Translations under genes and position numbers: made by a program | Notes under the pieces: model-generated | What the model saw: the letters and a program-made list of their open reading frames with translations, nothing else | Databases searched by the model: none | Told to the model about the DNA's origin: nothing | In this document: positions 1-12,800 of the stretch, piece after piece | How positions within the stretch are numbered: position 1 is the first letter of the stretch | Layout of the letters: each line of letters begins with the position of its first letter | Assembly (NCBI GenBank): GCA_964016885.1 | Contig: OZ024740.1 | Coordinates: 34,720,001-34,784,000 of the forward strand | Length of the DNA stretch: 64,000 bases | Direction of reading: 5' to 3' | DNA from: Eledone cirrhosa | Lineage: Eukaryota

Positions 1-50
1 CTGATACGATTTACTACGTAGGTCGCCAATAATAATAATAATAATAATAT

Positions 51-480
51 TGCTTTCTTTATTAACCACAAAGGTTTACATAAAGTAGACATTAAGGACA
101 GTACAGGAAGGACAATACAGGACGGTAGAAATAGGCATTTCTGCGTGTAAAAAACAAAAACAGAGGATGTAACAAAAAAATAACAATGAAAAATTCCCCA
201 ATAGGGGGGGGGGGGAGACTTCGGAGCGACGTTGCTCCATTTTATTAGGTGTGGGGGGGGGGGGGCTGACCCTGTACCCATCTTTCTTTACCATTCCTTT
301 GGCTTCTTCTAATTCCTCCTGAGTTACCTGGATCGCTTCGCACGTTTTTGCTACTCTGGCAAAACTCAGGGTAGTTTTCTTAATTTCATTGTTGCTGTTG
401 TTGTTATCGTTATTTTTGCTATTGTTAATTTTAGTTTCAGTTGTGGTGGTTGTGGTGGCGTCAGTGCTGAGTAGGTGAAC
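51..480 (-). mobile_element. L1/Tx1-type LINE family A fragment: 3' UTR joined directly to an ORF1-like C-terminus (ORF2 absent)
   Basis: 51-~225 is nearly identical to the 3' UTRs at 18454 and 54937; (AAT)n tail at 28-50; the remainder encodes a low-complexity T/N/K-rich peptide ending ...TPNKMEQRR, similar to the ORF1 end MEVEQRDL at ~52770. Confidence 0.7.
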
Positions 481-3286
481 ATGTTAAACAAACTAAACTT
501 AGAAAATTGAAAAAAAAGTACAGTATAAAATCAACATGTGACATAGACATGCTGATAGAAATAATCAAGCAAAAAGTGTCGGCCAAAGCTGCTCGTATAA
601 GGCGCTTTGAAAAACGATCTAGATTCTATAAGGACAATAATATGTTCAAAAACAACCAAAGAAACTTCTACAGAAAAATTGGTAAGTCAACAATAACTGC
701 TAAATCAATACCACCCAAGGAGGAAGTGCAAGAATTCTGGGAAAAGATCTGGGCCGAAGAAAAAGTTCATAACATACATGCCCCATGGATAGACAGACAA
801 ATGAAAGATACAGCTCACCTTGAGGAACAAACATGGGAAAATATAACAGTTGAACAGTTGCGCTTGGCTCTAAGAAAAATCAGCAAATGGAAATTCCCAG
901 GAAAAGACAAAATACAAAACTTTTGGATAAATGCCTTCACAGAGTCTCATGAGCTGTTAGCCCAACTTTACAATGAAATAGTTAAGGAGCCAGAAAAGAT
1001 ACCTTCATGGCTAGTTAACGGCATTACATTCCTGCTTCCGAAGAATGATGAGACAAACAATCCCCAAAATTACAGACCGATAACTTGCTTGACCACAATG
1101 TATAAAATTTTAACATCAGTCCTAACTGAATACACATATGACCACCTGATAACAAATGACCTATTTCCCATTGAGCAGAAAGGGTGTAAACGAGGCTCAT
1201 ATGGCTGTAAGGATCAGCTTCTGGTTAACAAAATGATACTGGAAGATTGTCATAATAGACACAAAAATCTATTGATTGCTTGGATAGATTATAAAAAAGC
1301 ATTCAATAGTTTGCCACACAGTTGGATTGAAAAATGTTTAGAGATTTTCAAAATATCCCCCGTTGTCAGGAGGTTTTTGTCATTCAGTATGAAGACATGG
1401 AAAACAACACTCCTTTTGAATAGTGAAACAAAATCACTGGAAGCTGGAGAAGTTAATATTAATTGTGGAATTTTTCAGGGTGACTCTTTATCACCGCTTT
1501 TATTCTGCATCGCACTTATACCATTAAGTAAAATGCTCAATCAAACAAAACATGGATATAAAGTCTATGACAAAACCATTAATCACCTGTTCTACATGGA
1601 TGACCTGAAACTATTTGCAAAAAATGATGAACAATTGCAAGGGCTATTATCCGCTGTGAAGCAGTTCAGTGATGACATTAAAATGGAGTTTGGACTAGAT
1701 AAATGCGCCAAAGCAACGTTCACCAGAGGAAAGCTGCTGAAAAGTTCAGACATTAATCTTGATCGGAGGAACGTGATAAGAGAACTTGATCAAGAAAATC
1801 TTACAAATATCTAGGTGTTTGTGAAGGAGACGGAATCAAGCACTCGACAATGAGGGAAAGGATAAGGAAGGAATGTTACCGCAGAGTAAGGGCAATCTTA
1901 AGAACGGAATTGAATGCAAGGAATAGGATCGATGCCATAAACACGCTTGCCATGCCAGTAGTAACCTACAGTTACAATGTCATCAACTGGTCAAGTACAG
2001 AGATCCGTAGGCTCGATACAAAAATTCGAAAATTCTTAACCATGCACAGAATGCATCACCCTAAGGCAGATATAGATAGAATATATCTCCCTAGAAAAGA
2101 AGGAGGACGTGGGTTAATCCAGTTAGACATTGCGTTGAAAACTGCAACAATTGGATTATCTACATATCTAAGGGAATCACATGATTGGATGATCAAACTC
2201 GTTTTGAAACACGAAAGCATCAAAAGATCATATTCCATTACAAAAGATGCACAAAGATACAGTAATGGACTACAAATTTCAGAAGTCCCATTTACTGCTG
2301 AAATGGAAAACACAGAAAAAGCAAAGCAGGTAAAAGTAACTGCAAAGAAAGAACTGCTACAGAAACTGGCTAAGAAATGGCAAGAAAAGCCTCTGTATGG
2401 AAAATACCCAGAGCGAGCTAACAATCCTGATGTTGACAAAACTTTAACCCATCAGTGGTTGGCATCCTCTGGACTGAAATCGGAGACTGAAGGACTGATT
2501 ATATCGGCACAAGATCAGTGTCTGCCAACAAAAAATTACCAAGCCAACATAGTAAAAAATGGGTGCAGCCCATTATGCCGTGTATTTAAAAAACAACCAG
2601 AGACCATTGACCATATAATTTCAATGTGCAGTCCTATAGCTCCAACCGAATACCTAAACAGGCATGACAGAGCTGCACAATACATACATTGGATAATGTG
2701 TAAGCATTTTGACCTGCCCCATCAAAAGAATTGGTGGGAGCATCAACCACCTCCCATACTTGAAAAAGATCACATCTCAATCTTGTGGAACTTTAGCATC
2801 CAAACAGACTGAAAAATAGATGCAAACAAACCTGATATAATATTGAAAGACTTTCAAAAGAGGGCATGCCTGCTAATTGGTATGTCTGTTCCAATAGACA
2901 AGAATGTATCTATAAAAACATTTGAAAAATTGAACAAGTATAAGGACCTGGAGATAGAAATTGGAAAAATGTGGAAATTGAGAACTAAAACAATACCAGT
3001 GGGTGTAGGCGCTCTGGGAATGATACCTAAGGGGTCTAATGATTACTTATCGCAAATCCCAGGAAACCCGCGTATAGGAGAAATACAAAAGATAGTACTA
3101 ATGGGAACTGCCCATATAATAAGGAAGATTCTGTCAATATAAGTACATCACAAGTCTAAACACTAAAGATGCATGTGTGAATATGTATGTTCTTTCTTGA
3201 ACATGGCGGACCTTGTTGTCTCTTGAGGTAACTGGTTGTGACTTGGTGATAACTCGTATGAACATAAAGCAAGATAAATGCAACTG
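481..3286 (+). mobile_element. R4/Dong-clade non-LTR retrotransposon, 5'-truncated (RT, CCHC zinc knuckle, restriction-like endonuclease); one frameshift, one stop
   Basis: ORFs 507-1814 (NYRPITCL, QGDSLSPLLF, YMDD), 1850-2812 (CR..PETIDHIISMC, RHD), 2843-3142 (after KPD; K..KY..L); 3' UTR ends in (TAA)n at 3287-3310. Confidence 0.93.
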
Positions 3287-3310
3287 TAATAATAATAATA
3301 ATAATAATAA

Positions 3311-4128
3311 CTGGACTGAAATCGGAGACTGAAGGACTGATTATAACAGCACAAGATCAGTGTCTGCCAACAAAAAATTACCAAGCCAACATAATAAAAA
3401 ATGGATGCAGCCCATTATACCGTGTATGCAAAAAACAACCAGAGACCATTGACCATATAATTTCAATATGCAGTCTTATAGCTCCAACCGAATACCTAAA
3501 CAGGCATGACAGAGCTGCACAATACATACATTGGATAATGTGTAAGCATTTTGACCTGCCCCATCAAAAGAATTGGTGGGAGCATCAACCACCTCCCATA
3601 CTTGAAAAAGATCACATCTCAATCTTGTGGAACTTTAGCATCCAAACAGACCGAAAAATAGATGCAAATAGACCTGATATAATATTGAAGGACTTCAAAA
3701 AGAGGGTATGCCTGCTAATTGATATGTCTGTTCCAATAGACAAGAATGTATCTATAAAAACATTTGAAAAATTGAGCAAGTATAAGGACCTGGTGATAGA
3801 AATTGGAAAAATGTGGAAATTGAGAACTAAAACAATACCAGTGGTTGTAGGCGCTCTGGGAATGATACCTAAGGGGTCTACTGATTACTTATCGCAAATC
3901 CCAGGAAACCCGCGTATAGGAGAAATACAAAAGATAGTACTAATGGGAACTGCCCATATACTAAGGAAGATTCTGTCAATATAAGTACATCACAAGTCTA
4001 AACACTAAAGATGCATGTGTGAGTATGTATGTTCTTTCTTGAACATGGCGGACCTTGTTGTCTCTTGAGGTAACTGGTTGTGACTTGGTGATAACTCGTA
4101 TGAACATAAAGCAAGATAAATGCAACTG
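3311..4128 (+). mobile_element. Second, shorter copy of the same R4/Dong element in tandem
   Basis: Near-identical to 2470-3286; starts right after the (TAA)n tail of copy 1 and ends in its own (TAA)n at 4129-4147. Confidence 0.93.
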
Positions 4129-4145
4129 TAATAATAATAATAATA

Positions 4146-4290
4146 ATTGTTTCTACTTTAGGTACAAGGCCAGCAATTACCCAGTACAGTACTGGTACTT
4201 TATTTTATCGACTCCGTAAGGATGAAAGGCAAAGTTAACCTCGGCGGGATTTGAACTCAGACTGTAAAGGGAAGTAACTATACTAGAAAG
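4146..4290 (-). mobile_element. tRNA-derived SINE (abundant family), partial
   Basis: Shares the core aaggatgaaaggcaaagttaacctcggcgggatttgaactcag with more than 12 copies in the window; B-box GTTCAAATCC on the sense strand. Confidence 0.85.
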
Positions 4291-4302
4291 CTTTAATAAT
4301 AA

Positions 4303-4960
4303 AGAGGAGACCTTAAAAAGGCTACAGAAGGAATGCTAATGCCTGCGCAAGAGCAGGCACTCAAAACGAAGTGGCTGAAACACCATATTTACAAGGAGGA
4401 GGCTAGCCTACTGTGTAGGATCTGTGGAGAGAGAGAGGAGACTGTGGCTCACATTGTATCCGAGTGTAAACACCTAGCCCAGACTCACTATAAGGGCTGG
4501 AGACATGATGTGATGGGCAGGGTGATCCACTGGCAAAGTAAACAATTTACCACATTCTGAGAAGTGGTATGAGCATAAGCCAGAGTCGGTGATAGAAAAC
4601 GATTAGGTGAAGGTGCTGTGGGATTTTAGGATACAGACGGACAAGAAACTGGAACACAATAGACCTGACCTGGTGGTTTTGGACAAGGGAAAAAGATCGT
4701 GCCTGATTGTGGATGTAGCCTGCCCATTCGACACTGAGTGCAAGAGAAGGAGAGGGAGAAAATTAACCGATACCAGGACTTGAAGTGGAAGGTAAAAAGG
4801 ATTTGGAACTGCCATGAGGTCAAAGTGGTCCCGATTGTCGTAGGCGCAGTAGGTACTATCTCAAAGAGTTTCCAAGGATGGTTAAAGAAAATTGGTCCCG
4901 CCTCGCTTTTTGGAACACTTCAAAAGGCATGCTTGTTGGGAGCAGAAAGAACCCTCCGAT
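4303..4960 (+). mobile_element. Degraded 3' fragment of a second R4/Dong-like family (zinc knuckle + RLE)
   Basis: AQEQALKTKW, CRICGEREETVAHIVSEC, RHD, NRPD, KINRYQDL, VVPIVVGAVG; (TAA)n nearby at ~4992-5013. Confidence 0.85.
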
Positions 4961-5599
4961 TAAGACATAACAAATCGTTTAATTTTTTTTTTATAATAAT
5001 AATAATAATAATAAAAAGACGATTTGTTACGTCTTAATTACATTTATTGAGTAGTGACGGGCGTTTCGCTATTGATCAGCTCAAGATTCGATCTGTATCG
5101 ATCTAGCCCAAATCTGGAATCAAAAGTTCGTCGGACCTCTACTGTGGTATGTCATTTACTCTCTACTAAAATGATCCAAACAACAGATTCTGACAACCGA
5201 AACCCAGCTCCCGGCCTTTATGCAGCGGTGATGTTTGTAAAGGCCAAAGTAAAGATATAAAGGTGAATCACTGACGTCTTAAAACAAATTGTTTCTTGTA
5301 GACAGAACTTGTCAGCCTTGTGTGGCAATCGGTCTAGAAGGGTCACTCGGATTTCAAAACCGGCGTTGATGTAAGTCCTTAGTCATAATTATGACAATCT
5401 ATCTGTGTGTGGGTACTCAGAAATCTCCCTGGATGGCGTCAGGGAACGCAGTATGTCCGCTGAGAATGAAGAATCCCGAGCTGTCGTAATGGCATTCTTC
5501 TAACAGAGGAAAATTTTTCAAGTGAAACGCGCAGTTTATTTGATTACTGGTCATTTTGCTTAGGTTTTTCACTTCTAGATCTTATATCATAACTGAGAT

Positions 5600-6230
5600 A
5601 GATATTGGCCTTTCAACCACCAAAGCATGAATCGATGGCATAAATCCTGACTTCCATAAGAACCTTGGTTCAAACGCTCGAGATTGTCTAGCTTCTATCT
5701 TCATAGTCATCCACTCAATTGGAATTATCCTGAAAATGTGGAGAGAAGCCAAGGTATTCACCATCCTGAAACCAAGGAACCTGCAGACAATCCTACAAGC
5801 TATCGGCCAATATCTCTCCTCTGTATCTCTTACAAGCTATTTGAACGGCCCCTTTTGGTTAGGCTTGGTATCCTTTAGTAGAACCAGCCCTGCCTAAGGA
5901 GTAAGCTGGCTTCAGACCACAAAGAAGTTGCAGTTATCAAGTCTTCGCTCTCACTACCTTCATCGAGACTGGCTATCAACGAAGTCTCAAAACAGGGGCT
6001 GCTCTGGTCGACGATACCGTATGGAGACGCAGCCTCTTTCTGAAGGTATGTCGTACCATCAAATGCCAGGCAACTATGAACGTGCCTCTATACTCTGTAA
6101 CAGAAGATGCAGAGTGTCACTAGGAGGTCAAACAAGTTCAACAAGAACCCTGAATGATGGCCTTCCCCAAGGTTCCGTCCTGGGACCAATGCTCTTTAAC
6201 ATATATGTGAGTGATACGCCAGGACAACTT
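5600..6230 (+). mobile_element. Degraded LINE reverse-transcriptase fragment (APE-type clade unresolved)
   Basis: DNPTSYRPISLLCISYKLFER, AGFRP, NDGLPQGSVLGPMLFNIYVSD in shifting frames. Confidence 0.8.
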
Positions 6231-6458
6231 CGAAGAAATATGTACAAATATCTCTTTTGTGATCTTCTCATCTATCATTCTATCGATCCTGAAAGAATGA
6301 AAAACATAGTTGACCTCAGTGGAATTTGAAATTAGAGTCCAGTCGTTATAACGGTCCTAAAAATTCGTCGCAAATTAGGTTAAATTGACTAATTTACTCT
6401 ACAAAATTCTAGGCCCTATTTCTAAATCATTTAATTCTTTTTAATGTTGTAATTTCAG

Positions 6459-6559
6459 ATATCATCAGAAGCATTCCAATGTATCAAAACTGTATTGGTA
6501 CTGTCTCTTGAGAATAAAATCTATGAACGCTATGTGACCGAACTTTCCTCCATCTCCGC
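6459..6559 (+). CDS. ABCB1: ABCB1/P-glycoprotein-like exon (intracellular loop/coupling helix of TMD2); upstream exons lie outside the window
   Basis: tttcag|...|gtaag; 101 bp; encodes ISSEAFQCIKTVLVLSLENKIYERYVTELSSIS, aligning by eye to ABCB1 [25 protein letters not shown]; phase 2 joins the next exon. Confidence 0.88.
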
Positions 6560-6667
6560 GTAAGACAGATAAAGGCATCGTTTTGTTTTGTACAAGTTTA
6601 TTGTTCTAATCAGCAAACTGAATAGGATTCTATAGGAATTAAAGGGGTGGTTAGTTATTAATTTTTC

Positions 6668-6890
6668 CTCTATGGAGCAGAAGCGTGGCCCCTCGCAAAG
6701 GCCCTGGCAAAGAGGATCGAAGGCTTCGACAGCACAGCTCTGTGGACCATTGAGAACATCAGATGGTACGATCACGTCATGCATCAACCTCCCTCCTCAT
6801 AGCCATCTGTCGCCTCCGCTGGTACGGACGTGGCCTTTGACTTTCCCAACATCCTCCTATCAGAGCTTTACTCTCGTTCGATCCAGCAGC
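6668..6890 (+). mobile_element. RTE-type LINE fragment abutting the satellite
   Basis: Translates LYGAEAWPLAKALAKRIEGFDSTALWTIENIRWYDHV, the post-RT motif of RTE elements. Confidence 0.7.
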
Positions 6891-6891
6891 G

Positions 6892-9800
6892 GTGGTGTAC
6901 CAGCTATTGTAAACAGATGTCCAGTAGGATTAGTTTCGTCTGGGCAGGAAGTCAATATTTTAGTGGTGTACCAGCTATTGTAAACATATGTCCAGTGGGA
7001 TTAGTTTCGTCTGGGCAGGAAGTCTATATTTTAGTGGTGTACCAGCTATTTTAAACAGACGTTCAGTGGGATTAGTTTGGTCTCGGCAGGAAGTTTATAT
7101 TTTAGCGGTGTACCAGCTATTGTAAACAGACATTTAGTGGGATTAGTTTGGCCTGGACAGGAAGTCAATATTTTGGTGGTGTACCAGCTATTGTAAACAG
7201 ACGTTCAGTGGGATTAGTTTGGCCTGGACAGGAAGTGAATATTTTAGTGGTGTACCAGCTATTGTAAACAGATGTCCAGTGGGATTAGTTTCGTCTGGGC
7301 AGGAAGTCAATATTTAGTAGTGTACCAGCTATTGTAAACAGATGTCCAGTGGGATTAGTTTCGTCTGGACAGGAAGTCAATATTTTAGTGTGTACCAGCT
7401 ATTGTAAACAGACGTTCAGTGGGATAAGTTTGGTCTCGGCGGGAAGTCAATATGTTAGTAGAGTACCAGCTACTGTAAACCCACGTTCAGTGCGATTAGT
7501 TTGGTCTGGACAGGAAGTCAATATTTTGGTGGTGTACCAGCTATTGTAAACAGACGTTCAGTGGGATTAGTTTCGTCTGGGCAGGAAGTCAATATTTTAG
7601 TGGTGTACCAGCTATTGTAAACACACGTTAAGTGGGATTAGTTTGGTCTGGACAGGAAGTCAATATTTTGGTGGTGTACCAGCTATTTGTAAACAGACGT
7701 TCAGTGGGATTAGTTTCGTCTGGGCAGGAAGTCAATATTTTAGTAGTGTACCAGCTATTGTAAATAGATGTCCAGTGCGATTAGTTTCGTCTGGACAGGA
7801 AGTCAATATTTTAGTGGTGTACCAGCTATTGTAAACAGACGTTCAGTGGGATTAGTTTGGTCTCGGCAGGAAGTCAATATGTTAGTAGAGTACCAGCTAC
7901 TGTAAACCCACGTTCAGTGGGATTAGTTTGGTCTCGGCAGGAAGTCAATATGTTAGTAGAGTACCAGCTACTGTAAACCCACGTTCAGTGCGATTAGTTT
8001 GGTCTGGACAGGAAGTCAATATTTTGGTGGTTTACCAGCTATTGTAAACAGACGTTCAGTGGGATTAGTTTCGTCTGGGCAGGAAGTCAATGTTTTAGTG
8101 GTGTACCAGCTATTGTAAACACACGTTAAGTGGGATTAGTTTGGTCTGGACAGGAAGTCAATATTTTGGTGGTGTACCAGCTATTGTAAACAGACGGTCA
8201 GTGGTATTAGTTTGGTCTGGACAGGAAGTGAATATTTTAGTGGCGTACCAGCTTTTGTAAACACACGTTAATTGGGATTAGTTTGGTCTGGACAGGAAGT
8301 GAATATTTTAGTGGTGTACCAGCTATTGTAAACAGATGTCCAGTGGGATTAATTTTGTCTGGGCAGGAAGTCAATATTTTAGTGCGGTACCAGCTATTGT
8401 AAACAGATGTCCAGTGGGATTAGTTTCGTCTGGGCAGGAAGTCAATATTTTATTGGTGTATCAGCTATTTTAAACAGATGTCCAGTGGCATTAGTTTCGT
8501 CTGGACAGGAAGTGAATATTTTAGTGGTGTACCAGCTATTGTAAACAGAGGTCCAATTGCGTTTGTTTGGTCTGGGCAGGAAGTCAATATTTTAGTGGAG
8601 TACCAGCAACTGTAAACACACGTTCACTGGGATTAGTTTGGTCTGGACAAGAAGTCAATATTTTAGTGGTGTACCTGCTACTGTAAACAGAGGTCCAGTT
8701 GGATAAGTTTCGTCTGGACAGGAAGTCAATATTTTGGTGGTGTACCAGCCATTGTAAACAGACGTTCAGTGGGATTAGTTTGGCCTGGACAGGAAGTGAA
8801 TATTTTAGTGGTGTACCAGCTATTGTAAATAGATGTCCAGTGGGATTAGTTTCGTCTGGGCAGGAAGTCAATATTTAGTAGTGTACCAGCCATTGTAAAC
8901 AGATGTCCAGTGGAATTAGTTTCGTCTGGACAGGAAGTCAATATTTTAGTGGTGTACCAGCTATTGTAAACTGATGCCCAGTAGAATTAGTTTCGTCTGG
9001 GCTGGAAGTCAATATTTTAGTGGTGTACCAGTTATTGTAAACACACGTTAAGTGGGATTAGTTTGGTCTGGACAGGAAGTCAATATTTTAGTGGTGTACC
9101 AGCTATTGTAAACAGACGTTCAGTGGGAGTAGTTTCGTCTGGACAGGAAGTCAATATTTTAGTGGTGTACCAGCTATTGTAAACAGACGTTCAGTGGGAT
9201 ACGTTTGGTCTGGACAGGAAGTGAATATTTTAGTGGTGTACCATCTATTTTAAACAGATGTCCTGTGGGATTAGTTTCGTCTGGGCAGGAAGTCAATATT
9301 TTAGTGCGGTACCAGCTATTGTAAACAGATGTCCAGTGGGATTAGTTTCGTCTGGGCAGGAAGTCAATATTTTATTTGTGTATCAGCTATTTTAAACAGA
9401 TGTCCAGTGGGATTAGTTTCGTCTGGACAGGAAGTGAATATTTTAGTGGTGTACCAGCTTTTGCAAATAGATGTCCAGTGGGATTAGTTTCGTCTGGGCA
9501 GGAAGTCAATATTTTAGTGCGGTACCAGCTATTGTAAACAGATGTCCAGTGGGATTAGTTTCGTCTGGGCAGGAAGTCAATATTTTATTTGTGTATCAGC
9601 TATTTTAAACAGATGTCCAGTGGGATTAGTTTCGTCTGGACGCGAAGTGAATATTTTAGTGGTGTACCAGCTATTGTAAACAGAGGTCCAATTGCGTTTG
9701 TTTGGTCTGGGCAGGAAGTCAATATTTTAGTGGAGTACCAGCAACTGTAAACACACGTTCAATGGGATTAGTTTGGTCTGGACAAGAAGTCAATATTTTA

Positions 9801-12800
9801 GTGGTGTACCTGCTACTGTAAACAGAGGTCCAGTTGGATAAGTTTCGTCTGGACAGGAAGTCAATATTTTGATGGTGTACCAGCCATTGTAAACAGACGT
9901 TCAGTGGGATTAGTTTTGCCTCGACAGGAAGTGAATATTTTAGTGGTGTACCAGCTATTGTAAATAGATGTCCAGTGGGATTAGTTTCGTCCGGGCAGGA
10001 AGTCAATATTTAGTAGTGTACCAGCTATTGTAAACAGATGTCCAGTGGAATTAGTTTCGTCTGGACAGGAAGTCAATATTTTAGTGGTGTACCAGCTATT
10101 GTAAACTGATGCCCAGTAGAATTAGTTTCGTCTGGGCTGGAAGTCAATATTTTAGTGGTGTACCAGTTATTGTAAACACACGTTAAGTGGGATTAGTTTG
10201 GTCTGGACAGGAAGTCAATATTTTAGTGGTGTACCAGCTATTGTAAACAGACGTTCAGTGGGATACGTTTGGTCTGGACAGGAAGTGAATATTTTAGTGG
10301 TGTACCATCTATTTTAAACAGATGTCCTGTGGGATTAGTTTCGTCTGGGCAGGAAGTCAATATTTTAGTGCGGTACCAGCTATTGTAAACAGATGTCCAG
10401 TGGGATTAGTTTCGTCTGGGCAGGAAGTCAATATTTTATTTGTGTATCAGCTATTTTAAACAGATGTCCAGTGGGATTAGTTTCGTCTGGACAGGAAGTG
10501 AATATTTTAGTGGTGTACCAGCTTTTGCAAATAGATGTCCAGTGGGATTAGTTTCGTCTGGGCAGGAAGTCAATATTTTATTTGTGTATCAGCTATTTTA
10601 AACAGATGTCCAGTGGGATTAGTTTCGTCTGGACGCGAAGTGAATATTTTAGTGGTGTACCAGCTATTGTAAACAGAGGTCCAATTGCGTTTGTTTGGTC
10701 TGGGCAGGAAGTCAATATTTTAGTGGAGTACCAGCAACTGTAAACACTCGTTCAATGGGATTAGTTTGGTCTGGACAAGAAGTCAATATTTTAGTGGTGT
10801 ACCTGCTACTGTAAACAGAGGTCCAGTTGGATAAGTTTCGTCTGGACAGGAAGTCAATATGTTGGTGGTGTACCAGCCATTGTAAACAGACGTTCAGTGG
10901 GATTAGTTTTGCCTCGACAGGAAGTGAATATTTTAGTGGTGTACCAGCTATTGTAAATAGATGTCCAGTGGGATTAGTTTCGTCTGGGCAGGAAGTCAAT
11001 ATTTAGTAGTGTACCAGCTATTGTAAACAGATGTCCAGTGGAATTAGTTTCGTCTGGACAGGAAGTCAATATTTTAGTGGTGTACCAGCTATTGTAAACT
11101 GATGCCCAGTAGAATTAGTTTCGTCTGGGCTGGAAGTCAATATTTTAGTGGTGTACCAGTTATTGTAAACACACGTTAAGTGGGATTAGTTTGGTCTGGA
11201 CAGGAAGTCAATATTTTAGTGGTGTACCAGCTATTGTAAACAGACGTTCAGTGGGATTAGTTTCGTCTGGACAGGAAGTCAATATTTTAGTGGTGTACCA
11301 GCTATTGTAAACAGACGTTCAGTGGGATACGTTTGGTCTGGACAGGAAGTGAATATTTTAGTGGTGTACCATCTATTTTAAACAGATGTCCAGTGGTATT
11401 TGTTTCGTCTGGACAGGAAGTGAATATTTTAGTGGTGCATCAGCTATTGTAAACGGATGACCAATGGGATTAGTTTCCTCTGGGCAGGAAGAAAATATAT
11501 TAGTGGGGTACCTGCTATTGTAAACAGACGTTCAGTGGGATTAGTTTCGTCTGGGCAAGAAGTCAATATTTCAGTGGTGTACCAGCTATTGTAAACAGGT
11601 GTCCAGTGGGATTAGTTTTGTCTGAACAAGAAGTGAATATTTTAGTGGTGTACCAGCTACTGTAAACAGACTTTCAGTGGGATTAGTTTGGTCTGGGCAG
11701 GAAGTCAATATTTTAGTGGTGTACCAGCTATTGTAAACAGATGCCCAGTAGAATTAGTTTCTTCTGGGCAGGAAGTGAATATTTTAGTGGTGTACCAGCT
11801 ATTGTAAACACACGTTAAGTGGAATTAGTTTGGTCTGGACAGGAAGTCAATATTTTAGTTGTGTACCAGCTATTGTAAACACACGTTCAGTGGATTAGTT
11901 TGGTCTGGACAGGAAGTCAATATTTTAGTGGAGGACCAGCAACTGTAAACACATGTTCAGTGGGATTCGTTTGGTCTGGACAAGAAGTCAATATTATAGT
12001 GGTGTACCAGCTATGGTAAACAGACGTTCAGTGGGATTAGTTTAGTTTGGACAGGAAGTGAATATTTTGGTGGTGTACCAGCTATTGTAAACTGACGTTC
12101 AGTGGTATTAGTTTGGTCCTGGCAGGAAGTGAATATTTTAGTGGTGTACCAGCTATTGAAAACATACGTTCAGTGGGATTTGTTTGGTCTGGACAGATAG
12201 TCAATATTTTAGTGGAGTACCAGCTACTGTAAACAGACGTTCAGTGGCATGAGTTTCGCCTGGGCAGGAAGTCAATATTTTAGTGGTGTACCAGCTACTG
12301 TAAACGGACGGCCAGTAGGATTAGTTTGGTCTGGACAGGAAGTCATTATGTTAGTGTTGTACCAGCTATTGTAAACAGATGCCCAGTAGGATTAGTTTCA
12401 TCTGGGCAGGAAGTCATTATTTTAGTGGTGTACAAGCTGTTGTAAACACACGTTCAGTGGGATTAGTTTGTTCTGGACAGGAAGTCAATATTTTGTGGAG
12501 TACCAGGAACTGTAAACACACGTTCAGTGTCATTAGTTTGGTCTGGACAAGAAGTCAATATTTTAGTGTTGTACCAGCTACTGTAAACAGATGTCCAGTG
12601 GGATTAGTTTGGTCTGGGCAGGAAGTCAATATTTTAGTGGTGTACCAGCTATTGTAAACCGACGTTCAGTTGGATTAGTTTGGTTTGGACAGGAAGTGAA
12701 TATTTTTGTGGTGTACCAGCTATTGTAAACAGACGTTCAGTGGGATTAGCTTAGTTTGGACAGGAAGTGAATATTTTAATGGTGTACCAGCTATTGTAAA

